A stretch of DNA of 64,000 nucleotides from Octopus vulgaris (Eukaryota). A model generated the notes under the pieces. It ran no database searches. It had not been told where the DNA came from and worked only from the letters and a program-made list of their open reading frames with translations. Positions 14,429 to 27,758 of this stretch are shown piece after piece (the first letter of the stretch is position 1; every line of letters starts with the position of its first letter). Position numbers and translations under genes: made by a program. The stretch is taken from contig OX597825.1 of the NCBI GenBank assembly GCA_951406725.2, positions 72,416,001 to 72,480,000 on the forward strand, in the 5' to 3' direction.

Positions 14429-15000
14429 TTGACGTCTATATCTAGCATGTTGACTGTCCACTTTTCGTGTTCAGTCCTTAATTGGTATATATAAATATTT
14501 TAATCTTCGGATTCTTTTTAATATGCTAGACCACTGGTTTTAATTGACTAATATCAATTTCTACCCTTAATTAATTTTATATAAAATAAATATGTTCTCT
14601 AACCGGTAAATTGACTGCTGCTAATTATTAGCTGCAGGCTGGTTTTTCGGGTCTCAGCGCGCCAAAGTAAAGGCATTTGAGAAATACATTCGAATATAAT
14701 CGGTTGAACTCCATGCACGCGACACTCCGGTATCGTTTTTGCATCTAAACCAGCAAATTGTATTCATAACAGACTATGCTGATGAAGTTACAGTTATCCT
14801 TGCGGATAATAATAACCGAAACTGATCAGTACATGGGTAATTATTTTATTTCGTATATTTTCATTTGTCTTGTTTATTGCTTTGGTTTTGTGCTGGGTTT
14901 TATTTGAGAACATAATCTTTGTGGAGAATGGCGATTTGACGTCTATATCTAGCATATTGACTGTCCACTTTTCGTGTTCAGTCCTTAATTGGTATATATA
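14429..15000 (+). mobile_element. Penelope-like pseudo-LTR / non-autonomous element with terminal direct repeat
   Basis: 65-bp direct repeat at 14429-14493 and 14936-15000 (1 mismatch, period 507 bp) brackets a hammerhead motif and runs into (TA)n. Confidence 0.65.
14774..14836 (+). ncRNA. Type I hammerhead ribozyme
   Basis: ctatg CTGATGA a-gtta..ttatcc-ttgc-ggataa..taac-c GAA actgatcagt A catgg: helix I ctatg/catgg, extended helix II, palindromic helix III, GUA triplet. Confidence 0.85.
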
Positions 15001-15024
15001 TATATATATATATGTATATGTATA

Positions 15025-15078
<54 letters not shown>

Positions 15079-15289
15079 TATATATATACACACACAGTGA
15101 GAAAATGAGCGAGAGAGAGAGAGAGAGTGAAAGTCAGACAGACAGGTGTGTATGTATGTTTGCACGTGTGTACACGTTACGAGATGTATTTGAGGAAATA
15201 TTTGGTAATTAAATAAGACAATTAAAATCTTGCAAACCCCAAAAGTATTTTGATAGAAATTTGTGCACGTTCTCGACAAGACTTCTTAT

Positions 15290-16260
15290 AACATTATTCT
15301 GTGAATCCACCTTCAGCCTCTATAAGTGTTTCAATGCCGGGCGACAAACTTTGACTGCACTAAAATGATCGTTTTACATTTCAAACTTCTCCGGATAATG
15401 ATGACCTTCAGTAAAGCAATATTATTGTAATGATATCCATTAGACGCTCTTTGAACAATGCTCCAACTGTAGCAGTCCATAGGATTCAAGCCTGATGAGT
15501 TTAGAGGCCACATGTTTGGTATTACATAGTCATAAATAGTGTTTGGTATCTATTTTTGGCCTGTACGGGCTATGCGAGAAGGCCCTGAGTTTTGTTAAAA
15601 CACATATATCTTTCCACTCTGTACTTCTACTATTCAGGGCTCAACAACTATTCCACTACACCCACCACGTATCTTGCAATATTATTTCTAAGACACTGTG
15701 GAAAGATATAAGTAGCATGACATCCCCTTCGTTATTCATCACTTCTACGACCATCACAGACGCTGGAAACTTCGGAAGGATCATCCCGTGGATATCAGAA
15801 GGACCTGCACATAACGATCTGTCATTTCACCTGTTAGACTTTTGGTCTTGGCAAAAGTTTCACGAATCAGCGAAAAACAAATGCATTGTGAGGGTTCGTG
15901 AGGGTTTTTAATCTTCTTAAGTAACTGTTTGTCAGGGATCAATCAGTATTTCTTTGTCTGTGTCGGGCCTTTTCCCAGTACATACGGCTTATATCGCATG
16001 TCCTTGTACACCGTAGTCCTGATACTCGATCTTGAAACCTAAAGTTCTTTGTCCCTCAGTGATTTTTGAGCATCATCATCAATGTTTTTAAACTCGTTGG
16101 ATGATTTCCGCTGTCTTTATCGAGAGCGAAATCTATATTTTTTTTCTCTTTGACATAGTTGAAACATTTCCAGCAGAATTTTCCAGTTCTATCCGAACTT
16201 TGTGGACAAAAGATGTTACGACATTTGGAAATATGGTAATTTCTACATCATGTGATCCAC
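15290..16260 (-). mobile_element. Decayed maT (DD37D)-like transposase, second family
   Basis: FFADS*NFCQDQKSNR*NDR and MWPLNSSGLNPMDCYSWSIV on the minus strand, collinear with the 1430-2190 copy. Confidence 0.75.
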
Positions 16261-16430
16261 TCATAAAGTAGCAATATGTGAATTTCTATTAATTTCTTGT
16301 GTTAGCATTTAATTTATCTGCTATAGAAGATCTTAAAGAATTAAAAACATTTTAATTGATTTGAAGAGTAATATATCGATAATTAAGTGTCCTCAAATGC
16401 CGCTCGCAAAACTATACACACACACACACG

Positions 16431-16461
<31 letters not shown>

Positions 16462-16661
16462 TAGCATATATGTATGTTTATATTATATATATATATATGT
16501 GTGTGTGTGCGTGTGTGTATGTGCGTATGTGTTTGTGTGTGTATGATATATATAATATATGAATATATATGTATGTATATGTATATATATATATGTTTGT
16601 ATATATATATATTTATATATATACACAGCTATATATGTACATGTGAATACATTCATATATA

Positions 16662-16786
<125 letters not shown>

Positions 16787-16841
16787 TGTTTGTAGAAATA
16801 CATAAATCCGGAGAAGCACACTATGATTTCGAGCAGTTATT

Positions 16842-16895
<54 letters not shown>

Positions 16896-18151
16896 CATGT
16901 ATGTATGTATGTAAGTATGTATGCATGTATGAATGTATGTATGTATGTATGAATGTATGTGTATTTGTATGTATGTATGCACGCATGTATGCATGTATGT
17001 ATGTATGTATTTATGTATGAATGTATGTATGTGTATGTATGTATGTATGTATGTATGTATGTATGTATGCATGCATGAATGTATGTATGTACGCATGTAT
17101 GCATGTATGTATTTATGTATGTATGTATGAATGTATGCATGTATGTGTGCATGTATGTATGTAAAGAGAGACAGAGAGCGAAAGAGTTTTACCGCCACTA
17201 TAAACATATGAACGCTGTAGCCATTCTTTGAAAACATGCTCATCTCAAATGAAAACCTCTTAATTATACATTTTTAAGAACCGACGTACATTTTACCTCT
17301 TGAAAAATTACATGCTAAGAGGAAATCAAATTAAAATATAACGAAAATAAGACAGAGCTGGTAAATGGACAAATGAGGAAGATAAGGAACTGGAAGGTAA
17401 ATAAACTGTGTGAAATCGCTTAGTGGATTGACAAGAAACGATCGCATCGTTGAAATGTCGTTTACACGAACTTCAAGGATCAATCTACAGATTTTTATAC
17501 TACGTAAGCTAATACTTGAAATTACAAGTGTTAGCTTTCTATCTGCCTTCCTTTTTATTTGTTTTGCATTTTCTTTGTACTACATCAATTCGAAACGTGA
17601 AGTATTTTAAAATTACATTTTGTATTTAACGATATATAAAATAAAAAAAATTAAACTAAAATAATTAAATGCAAATGAAACAGCAGGCAAACGCATGAAA
17701 TTAAGTAACGAAATAAAATAAAAAAAGGAATTCACACACATGTATTTAATTATTGCGTAGTAGGTATTAGAAATTAAATTAAAAAAAAAAATAGGGAGTT
17801 GATATTAAGAGGGTTAAGTTTGATTATTATCACAACTTGACACAAAGAGTAAATGTATGACGACAATTATACAAGCTGTTTTTCAGCGTTTTAAAAATTA
17901 ATTACGTTTCTTTTTTTATAGCTTACTAAGATAATTATAAGAGAAATATTTCTGATATTAAGAACACACTTCATTAAGTTAAATCATGTCATTAACATTC
18001 TGTTTGGAGGGTGATGAAGGCTTGTTGAAGCTGTTAGGAATCGGATTAAATACATTACAGAATTCAGTTAGGAATCTTATCCTTTTTTTAGATCCCGAGT
18101 TCAAAACACTTCATCCCTCTCTCTTTCTCTCTCTCTCTCTCTCACTTTCTT

Positions 18152-18212
<61 letters not shown>

Positions 18213-19789
18213 ACCCCAAATCATTTTCTTACCGCTGGGCCTGTAGACAATTAGCAGCTCCATGATATATATATCCCAGACAAACAGTGTCACTGCTTTC
18301 TCTATTGTTAGAAATAGGGGATAAATGGGATCAGTGGAGGTCGCTTATAAAAGGCAAACTCGACCACGGGGGAATTTGAACTCAAAGCGTAATGACGGAC
18401 GAAATACCGCTAAGCATTTCGCCCGGCATCCTGACGATTCTGCCAGCTCCCCGCCTTGAGCAGAAACAAACTAATGCTGACGTATTTCAGTCTGATACAC
18501 TTGTGAATCTCTCATCTCAGTAAGGCATCTCATTTTCTCCTAAAATATTATTTCCTTTTGACACATCACAAAGTTAATCTTTCACGAGGAGAGTCTATAG
18601 TTGATTGTTTCGACATTACTCTATTATTTATGGATGTTTCATCGACCTCGGTGAGATGAAACAACCAAAGTGAAAATCTCTTGAAATGAGGAATCAGAAT
18701 ATAAAATTAGGTGATTAACTACTATAAAAACCGTTACTGCAAACTTATCGCTCTGTAATCTCTTTAAAATAAAAATTTCTTTTTAAGTACAGAAGAAACT
18801 TTATAGAAATGTTCGCACAACATCGACTGCCACAATATATTACTGTTATTTATTATATTACTTCTAATATAAGTACAAGGGTTCCGTCGATTAAATCAGT
18901 CTCAGTGCTTGACTGATATCTTATATCGATCATGGAAAAGTGAAAGCGAGTGATTCGTACTTAGGGCGTTGCATTCTCGATTGCAAAATTTTGGTTTCGA
19001 TTCCCGGAATGGTCGGTGCGCTTTGTTTTCGAACACTTCATAGTAACTCCGCTTCATTCAGCTATAAATGAAGTAATACTGCGACAGATTGGTGTTCGTT
19101 CATGGGGAGTGTTGTAGTCTCGGTCACTAATTCGTCATGGAAACCGGATAACCAACCCTTATGCGTTCTAGGAATCGGGACAGCAATATTTCGGGATTAA
19201 TTATAATGAATAATGAAATGCAAAGTTCACATCAGCGGGATTTGACACACAAAAGGAACAAATACTGCAAAGCATTATTCCAACCCTCTGGCAATTTGGC
19301 CATAGTTCGGCTTCGCTTATTTATTATATTGGTTTCAAAGGCCAGAAATTTTGGTAGGTGGAGGGTATAAGTCGATTATATCCACCCCAGTGCTCAAATA
19401 GTGCTTATTTTATCGACACCGAAATGATGAAAGGGTAAGCCGACCTCGGTGGCATTTGAACTCAGAACATAAAAACAGACGAAATGCCACTCAGCATTTT
19501 GTTCGGTGGGCTAACGATTCTGCCATCTCGCCGCGTTTGCGTTATTTATTGGATTGGTTTCAAATTTTGGCACAAGGCCTGCAATTTCGAGGGAGCGAAA
19601 AGTCGATTACATCAACCCCAGTATTCAACGTTGTGAGCTCAAACTCCACCGAGATCGACTTTGTCTTTCTATCTTTTGGGGTCGATAAAATAAATACCAG
19701 TTGAGCACTGTGTTACATATAATCGAATATCCCACGCCCTCATAATTTTTCAGATCATGTACCCTATATTAGAAAGGATTATTATTATT

Positions 19790-20080
19790 CTATGTTTGAC
19801 TTTTGCTTTATATTTGTACAAGTTGGCTCCAAGTCTCACCCAGAGACCTCAAGAGACAACAGGGTTGGAAGTTCATGTTGTTGTTATGCCTAGTGTGCCA
19901 TATATTTGGGGGGTGGGGATGTTGTACTAATGAATGTCTAAAAAAAAAAGTTTTTTTTTTTTTTTTTTTTTAAACCGAAAATTATGTTTGTTTTAAACCT
20001 TGAGATTACATAGAGAGTATTTTGCGTAGGATATGAGCAGTTCCCATGAGCACTATCTTTTGAACTTCTGCCATTTTTGG

Positions 20081-20082
<2 letters not shown>
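19790..20082 (-). mobile_element. 3' end of an R4/Dong-like LINE flanked by (TAA)n
   Basis: Minus strand encodes PKMAEVQKIVLMGTAHILRKILSM*, then a 3' UTR ending gtcaaacatagaataataataat; TAA repeats on both sides. Confidence 0.75.
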
Positions 20083-20142
<60 letters not shown>

Positions 20143-20160
20143 GTGTGTGTGACACAGAGA

Positions 20161-20200
<40 letters not shown>

Positions 20201-20668
20201 CAAACAAACAAAGAAACAAAGAAACAAAGAAAGGTTATATACTTTTCTCGCAATGTAGAGGAAAATATATATTTGAAGACTTCCAAGGTAGGTGAAACCT
20301 TAAGGTTTTGGTTTATGTAAGTAAATGTAAGAAAAATGTGTCTGTGTATAGAGGGCATTAATGTTCGAAATTATTGGTAAGGCAGCTTTTACTACGAAGC
20401 TTTTGGGGGAATAACATAAATGTACTGATTTCAGAACGAGAGAAGGCTCAGAGGTGTTTCGCAACTTGCTAGTTTAGAAAAGGTGTCAAAAACAAAGTAT
20501 AAACGGTTGATCCCAAGAACGGATGTGTTGGCTATGATATTAATTTCCATGGCTATGAATTTTAGTGCGTGTTTAAGCAACAGCGAGGCTGGTTGACGTG
20601 TGCGTAAGTCTCTGATTAGAGTTTCAGTTTAGCTTTGGAAATGGTCATCACCTGAAGGGTACAATTAT

Positions 20669-20973
20669 TTGTTAGGTTTTTGCGTTCACCACCACAAGAT
20701 CATGGTTCGGTTCTCGGAGCGGGTGATGCGTTGTGTTCTTGAGCAAGAGACGTGATTCGATGTTACCCTAGTTCACTTAACTGTAAATAAGTAACTCTGT
20801 GACTATATTTCTTTACTGCCCACAAGGGGCTAAACATAGAGGGGACAAACAAGGACAGACAAACGGATTAAGGCGATTATATCGACCCCAGTGCGTAACT
20901 GCTATTTGTTTAATCAACCCCGAAAGGATGAAAGGCAAAGTCAACCTCGGCGGAATTTGAACTCAGAACGTAA
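20669..20973 (-). repeat. Composite SINE-B/SINE-C fragment, inverted duplicate of 33278-33584
   Basis: Same junction gaaatat(ac)agtcacagagttacttatttacag and shared private variants. Confidence 0.8.
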
Positions 20974-21150
20974 AGACACTGAAAGGTACAACAAGAGCAG
21001 TCTCATATTCACGTGAAGATTGTATCTTTTATCACTTACTCGCTTTAGTCATTACACTGCGACCATGCTGGGGTACCGCATTGACTTGTTTAGTCTAACA
21101 AATCAACGCTAGTTAGTTATTTTGTTTTGATCCTAGTACTTATACCATCG

Positions 21151-21926
21151 TGGATGCGCGTGGCTTAGTGGTTCGGGTGTTAGTATCATGCTCGTAAGAT
21201 TGCGGTTTCGATTCCTGGACCGGGCGACACGTTGTGTTCTTGAGCAAAACACTTCATTTCACGTTGCTCCAGTCCACTCAGATGGCAAAAATGAGTAACG
21301 CTGCGATGGACTGGTGTCCCGTCCAGCTGGGGAACAAATACGCCATTGAAACCGGGAAACCAAGCCCATGAGCCTGGCTAGGCTTTAAAAGGGCGCTTTT
21401 TATATTTTATGGAGGTGCGTGGCTTAGTGGTTAGGGTGTCAGCACCATGATCGTAAGATTGTGTTTTCGATACCTGGACCGGGCGACGCGTTGTGTTCTT
21501 GATCAAAACACTTCATTTCACGTCGCTTCAGTCAACTCAGATGACAAAAATGAGTAACGCTGCGATGGACTGGTGTCCCGTCCAGCTGGGGAACACATAC
21601 GCCATTGAAACCGGGAAACCAAGCCCATGAGCCTGGCTAGGCTTTAAAAGGGCGCTTTTTTATATTTTATGGAGGCGCGTGGCTTAGTGGTTAGGGTGTC
21701 AGCACCATGATCGTAAGATTGTGGCTTCGATTCCTGGACCGGGCGACGCGTTGTGTTCTTGATCAAAACACTACATTTCACGTTGCTCCAGTCCACTCAG
21801 CAAGCAAAAATGAGTAACGCTGCGATGAACTGGCGTCCTGTCCAGCTGGGGAACACATACGCCATTGAAACCGGGAAACCGGGTCCATGAGCCTAGCTAG
21901 GCTTTAAAAGGGCGCATTTATTTATT
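21151..21926 (+). mobile_element. Head-to-tail trimer of a roughly 260-bp SINE (head C2, tail Y) inside one TSD
   Basis: Units start at 21151, 21410 and 21670; 15-bp TSD tacttataccatcgt at 21137-21151 and 21927-21941; inserted into a family A SINE remnant. Confidence 0.92.
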
Positions 21927-22637
21927 TACTTATACCATCGTACTCTTCCTAACGCCTGCTAAGTTATGGGGCAATATTTTCACTTCTCCTCTCATTTTTT
22001 AAATGCTGCTAATTAACGCGTTCTCTCAGACTTTGGATCATAGAACTTCCTACATTTCGGGGTTGATAAAAATAGGTACCAGTTGAGCCCAGGACTGGGT
22101 GTAATTCACTGGTCCCCTTCTCTCCAAATATCAGGCCCAATGCGTATAGTAGAAATGATTATTAAGGCATTGAACTAACACAGTCGTTAGCAGACCGGGC
22201 GAAATGCTTAGCGGCATTTCTTCCGGCAATTTACGTTTTGAGTTCAAATTCATCTAAGATCGACTTTACCTTTTATCTTTTCGGGATCGTTAAAATAAGT
22301 ACCAGCTGAGTACTGGAGTCGACGTGTCCGACTTACCCCCTCCCATCAACTTGCTGGCCTTGTGCAAAAAATTGAAACTAATAATAATGGTTTATTTGTA
22401 TTGGCAAACGGACGAAACATCTGTGATGGAGGAATATTTACGCTGTGATATTATTGATCCCTCTTGGAAAAAACAGACAAAAGGATAAAAGTCAATATAT
22501 AGATCTAACCAAAATTTGAACTCAGACAACTAAGAGCTAAGGGTTGCAACTAAATGCTAAAATTCATTTTGTCTGATAACAACGAAATCTGACACCCACT
22601 AATTTTCAGTCACCTGCTTATGAATATCAAAACAAAT

Positions 22638-22714
<77 letters not shown>

Positions 22715-22718
<4 letters not shown>

Positions 22719-24845
22719 ACTCTTTTACTTGTTTCAGCCATCCGGCTGAGGCCATGCTGGGGCACCGCCCTTGTTGCTACCCTCTCTAAGTCCAGTTTGC
22801 CGTGGCTGGCCACTGATCTAAGAGAGAGTTTGTAGCTGCTGCCCTTAGGTTACCTTCGTACCTTGCAGTGGGTTCATCTGGGATCCCGGAAAGCAGCTTG
22901 TCTAGATGTTTTTTGAAAATGTCCACATCCGCATCATGTAGATCTCTTAGTTTTCTTGGCAGTTTGTTGAAAAGCTGAGGGCCCCTGAACCCCAGGCTAT
23001 TACAGTATCTGCTCCTTACCCTGGATGTGGAAGACGGGACCTTTGGCACCACACAGTGACGTCCTGTACGGGGATTGGAACAGCTCTCAATTCCAAAATT
23101 TGGTGCTAGTCCCTCCAGGATTTTCCATATGTATATCACTGCATATCTCTCTCGTCTTCGTTCCAAGGAGTACAAATTGAGTTCCCTAAGCCTCTCCCAA
23201 TAGTTCTTTTCTTTCATGGTGGAAATCCTCTTGGTGAAATGTCTTTGGATTGTCTCAAGCTCTGTGGTTAGTTTGACACTATGCGGTGACCACAGTTGGG
23301 AGCAGTAGTCCAGGCGGCTTAGGACAAATGTCCTCCATAGTGTCAACATGGTCTCGCAGTCTCTTGTCCGGAATGTCCTCAGGATCCAGCCAGTGAGTCG
23401 TCTGCACATTGTCGCCACCTTCGCGATGTGTGAAGAAAAAGATGCATCGTCACTCATGTCTATCCCCAGGTCCCGTATTGATTTCGATACTGGGATTTCG
23501 ATCCCTCCTGGACCAGTATAGTTGTGTTGTAATGTATATGTGTTTACAGCTTGATATTGTAAGGCTTGAAATTTACCAGCATTAAATTGCATGTTGTTGT
23601 CTTCAGCCCATTTGTATATGGCATCCAGATCTTGTTGTAAAAGGTCAGCATCAGCTAGGTTTTTGATTGCCTGTGCTACCTTTGTGTCATCAGCATAGCT
23701 AGTGAGGGATGTTGTTTGTGCTACCAAGGGCATGTCAGAGAGCGCCACCAAAAACAGCAAGGGTCCCAAGACTGTGCCCTGTGGCACCCCGCTTGCTATT
23801 GGTGTCTTTCCCGAGAGGGCTCCATTGGCTGCAACCATCTGGCTTCTGTCCTTCAGGAAGTCATGTATCCACTCACCTACTTTTCCTGTTATGCCGAGTC
23901 TGAGTAATTTGTGACATATCACTCCGTGGTCGACTTTGTCAAAGGCCTTCGCAAAGTCGAGATATACCACATCCACCTGTGAGCGATCCAGTAGTTGTTT
24001 CAGTACCCAGTCGTAGTGTTGTAACAGCTGCGTAAGGCAGCTTCTTCCTGGGCGAAAGCCATGCTGTGTGTCAGTGAGACGGTTAGTTTCTTCGAGGAAC
24101 GTGATCAGTTTTTTTCTGATGATTCGTTCCATGACCTTACTTATGTGTGACGTCAGGGAGACTGGCCTGTAGTTTTTGGCCTCTGCTCTACTCCCTCCTT
24201 TGTGGATAGGGCATATGGTGCCTTCTTTTAGCGCCCTGGGCAGTTTACCGTTAGCCAAGGAACCACTGAAGAGCTTCTTCAGTGGTCCCGCTAGGGCATG
24301 CCTGCATGTTTTTAGGAGGACTGCTGGGAATCCATCTGGTCCAGCAGCTGAGTTTATTCTCATTTCTTCTATGGCAGATATTACATCCCTCTCTGTTATG
24401 TCTATGTGGTCGATGGTTGTTGTTTGGTTTTGGAGTGTTGTGGCATCAAAGAAAACTTCTGGGTTTGTGATTTGCATGTGCCCCAGAGGGGATGTGAACA
24501 CACTTTTATACTGTTCCTTTAGTATTTCACTTATCCCTTGGGGGTCCTCAGTTAGAGAGCCCTTTTTATCAAAGAGTGGGCCAATCTTGCAGTGTACCGA
24601 GGTGGTTTCTTTCGCAAATTTAAAGAAGGCTTTAGGGTTTGTTTTAATATTCTCTATGGCCCTGGCTTCTCTCTCTGCCCTCTCCTTCTCATAGGAAAGT
24701 TTGAGTGCAGTTTCCGTTTCAAAAAGTTTCAGGTGGAGTCCCTCATTGTTTCTCTGCCGTGCATTCAGTTGCTTCGAGAGCTTAGCTCTTCGCCTCATAA
24801 GTATTTTCCTGTCTCTGGAAATAACGTTCCTATGCCCGCTGGATG
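22715..24845 (-). mobile_element. 5'-truncated CR1-group LINE
   Basis: Open RT frame, about 70 nt of 3' UTR with a hairpin and an (AAAAGAGT)n-like tail, microsatellites on both flanks, no APE endonuclease domain. Confidence 0.93.
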
Positions 24846-24870
24846 CAAAAAGGTGTATGTGTGTGTGCAT
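22786..24870 (-). CDS. Non-LTR retrotransposon reverse transcriptase (ORF2 lacking the N-terminal endonuclease)
   Basis: [69 protein letters not shown]; the first residues (MHTHIH) come from the flanking microsatellite, so the start codon is not native. Confidence 0.93.
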   Translation of the reverse strand: MHTHIHLFASSGHRNVISRDRKILMRRRAKLSKQLNARQRNNEGLHLKLFETETALKLSYEKERAEREARAIENIKTNPKAFFKFAKETTSVHCKIGPLFDKKGSLTEDPQGISEILKEQYKSVFTSPLGHMQITNPEVFFDATTLQNQTTTIDHIDITERDVISAIEEMRINSAAGPDGFPAVLLKTCRHALAGPLKKLFSGSLANGKLPRALKEGTICPIHKGGSRAEAKNYRPVSLTSHISKVMERIIRKKLITFLEETNRLTDTQHGFRPGRSCLTQLLQHYDWVLKQLLDRSQVDVVYLDFAKAFDKVDHGVICHKLLRLGITGKVGEWIHDFLKDRSQMVAANGALSGKTPIASGVPQGTVLGPLLFLVALSDMPLVAQTTSLTSYADDTKVAQAIKNLADADLLQQDLDAIYKWAEDNNMQFNAGKFQALQYQAVNTYTLQHNYTGPGGIEIPVSKSIRDLGIDMSDDASFSSHIAKVATMCRRLTGWILRTFRTRDCETMLTLWRTFVLSRLDYCSQLWSPHSVKLTTELETIQRHFTKRISTMKEKNYWERLRELNLYSLERRRERYAVIYIWKILEGLAPNFGIESCSNPRTGRHCVVPKVPSSTSRVRSRYCNSLGFRGPQLFNKLPRKLRDLHDADVDIFKKHLDKLLSGIPDEPTARYEGNLRAAATNSLLDQWPATANWT

Positions 24871-24881
24871 TCAGTGTAAGG

Positions 24882-24960
<79 letters not shown>

Positions 24961-24975
24961 CATATATATATATAA

Positions 24976-25020
<45 letters not shown>

Positions 25021-25547
25021 TATATATATGTGTATGTGTGTGTCTGTATGTGTGTGTGAGTGTATGTGTCTAGATGTATAGGCACTAAAAACATACACAG
25101 GCACACACAGAGACATACACACACATATATAACACATATATTTGTATAGGAATATAGAAATATACGTATGCATATATGTATATACGTATGTATGTATGTA
25201 TGTATGTATGTAACTATGTACATATATGAAATGCGATATGGTTTTGAACGAATGAAAAACCCGTAACACAATACCAGTGAATCATAGGTAAACTGAAAAG
25301 AACAAAGAAACTGATCAGAATAAGTTATTTAAAAATCAAAAAAACAAAAAAAAATACAAAGAGACGGAAAAGCCTCACTAAATCCTACGTCGTAACTTGT
25401 TTCTTTGACGTTTCATGCGATCAAAGAGTCTATTATTTATAGTACGATTGCCTCCTAAGAGAGGCTGATAATGGAAACCGTGATGATGATGATGATGATG
25501 ATGAAGAAAACGACACCGATGACGTTGATGATAAAGACAAAACCTTT

Positions 25548-25582
<35 letters not shown>

Positions 25583-25772
25583 TAATGATGATGATGATGA
25601 TGATGATGATGATAATCAAATAATAATAGAAGTAGTTTTAGTAGGAGTAATAATAAAATCGATTTAAAATTTTTGTAGCCCAACTGGATTGATAAGATAG
25701 ATGGATAATACAATTATATAAATATACAGGTACTAATATCTTTTTGTGTTTGTGTGTGTATGTGTGTATGTG

Positions 25773-26172
25773 AAGACGGGGAACTGGCAGAAACGTTAGC
25801 ACAACGGGAGAAATGCTTAGTGGTATTTTGTCTGCCATTACGTTCTGAGTTCAAATTCCGCCGAGACCGACTTTGCCTTTCTTCCTTTCGGGGTCGATTA
25901 AGTAAGTACCAGCTACGCACTGGGGTCGATATAATCGACTTAATCCGTTTGTCTGTCCTTGTTTGTCTTCTCTGTGTTTAGCCCCTTGTGGGTAGTAATG
26001 AAATAGGTATTTCGTCTGCGGCTACGTTCTGAGTTCAAATTCCGCCGAGGTCGACTTTGCCTTTCATCCTTTGGGAGTCGATAAATTAAGTACCAGTTGC
26101 GTTCTGGCGTCGGTCTAATCGACTAGACCCCTCCCCGAAAATTTTGGGCCTTGTGCCAAGAGTAGAAAAGAA
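25773..26172 (+). mobile_element. SINE family B full copy (tail B1) followed by a partial copy (tail B2)
   Basis: Two successive cores (gttcaaattccgccgag...gactttgccttt) with different 3' ends. Confidence 0.88.
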
Positions 26173-26188
26173 TGTGTGTGTGTGTGTT

Positions 26189-26224
<36 letters not shown>

Positions 26225-26290
26225 TGTGTGTGTGTGTGTGTGTGTGTCTGTGTGTGTGTGTGCGTGTGTGTGTGTGTATGTGTGTGTGTG

Positions 26291-26570
26291 TGAAGACGCG
26301 TGGCTTAGTGGTTACGGTATTCGGCTCGTGATCATAAGGTCGTGAGTTCTATTCCCGACGGCGCGTTGTATCCTTGAACAAGATACTTTATTCCACGTTG
26401 CTTCAGTTCTCTCAGCTAGCAAAAATGAGTTCTATCTGTATTTCAAAGGGCCGGCCTTGTCACATTCTGTGTCATGCTGAATTTACCTGAGAACTACATT
26501 AAGTGTATGCGTGTCTGAGGAGTACTCAACTACTTGCACGATAATTTCAATAATTTCACTGTTCCGTAGA
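26291..26570 (+). mobile_element. SINE family C (head C2, tail Z)
   Basis: tggcttagtggttacgg head as in the 21151 units; 3' part homologous to 4790-4930. Confidence 0.8.
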
Positions 26571-27148
26571 AAGAATGTCCTTAGCATCTTGATTGATATA
26601 AAAGTAAGCACTACACAACTTCACGGTAAGATCTGGTAGGCCTTCATATATGCCCCGTGGAATGTGTATACATCTTTATCCTTCTTCGAGGCACATGAAG
26701 CCTTAGACAAAATGTGAATATTGGGTTGAAAAAATACTGCGTGATAGAAAATTTGAAGGTTGTCCAAACTTTTCTATCCATAAGGGTTTGCTAAGCGATG
26801 TTTACAGGTTATTATTTATAGCTTTATATTCTTCGAGATCTACTGTTCTCCCCCAAAGAATTATTTTAAGTTCTCTTGAAAGTTTATAACTTATAACTAT
26901 GATGTCAAGATACACAAAAGTCCTCGTTTTGGCGCGCTAAATTACCGGAAATAGTAGCAACCCGGTTGGTCACTGGTGTCGATGTAATCGATTATTTCAA
27001 GTCCCAAGATTGCTGGCCTTGTGTCAAAATTTGAAACCATTATCGGGGGGGGGGGAGAAAAGATGGCGAGCTGGCAGAAACGTTAGCACAGTGATGCAAA
27101 ATATAATGTATACACACGCACATACATACATGCACACACACACACACA

Positions 27149-27186
<38 letters not shown>

Positions 27187-27197
27187 GAGAGAGAGAG

Positions 27198-27231
<34 letters not shown>

Positions 27232-27618
27232 GCGCAGGTGTGGCTGTGTGGTAAGATGGTTGCTTCCCAACTACGTAGTTCCGGGTTCAGTTCCACTGAA
27301 GTTTCTAATTGCTTATGGAGTCAACAACATACATTTCCCTCTGTTAAGAATAAAGTTTCTAAATTCAAAAGAAAATTCAAAGGAGTATATTGGCCCAGCA
27401 GTAGAACGTCTGCCATGTTTACAGGAGAGGGGAGTTCGCGCCCGACTTACAACCATCATCTTTTCTGTCCAAAGGCTTTTAACTGAATATCTACATAGTA
27501 TTATATATAAGTACATTATTTTGATAGAAATTCACTATCAATAGTATTATTATAAATATTAAACTTCAACTATGCAAAGACTGTAATGTTTTATGCATAT
27601 AAAGATTAATTAAACTTA

Positions 27619-27685
<67 letters not shown>

Positions 27686-27719
27686 ATACATATATGCATA
27701 TAAAGATTAATTAAACTTA

Positions 27720-27758
<39 letters not shown>

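Noticed and set aside
21151-21926. Regular repeats suggesting a CRISPR array or tRNA gene cluster
   Set aside because: Whole 260-bp units repeat with no unique spacers, there are no cas genes, the context is eukaryotic, and the heads do not form complete cloverleaves
23702-24879. Plus-strand ORFs up to 172 aa
   Set aside because: Antisense shadows of the RT ORF
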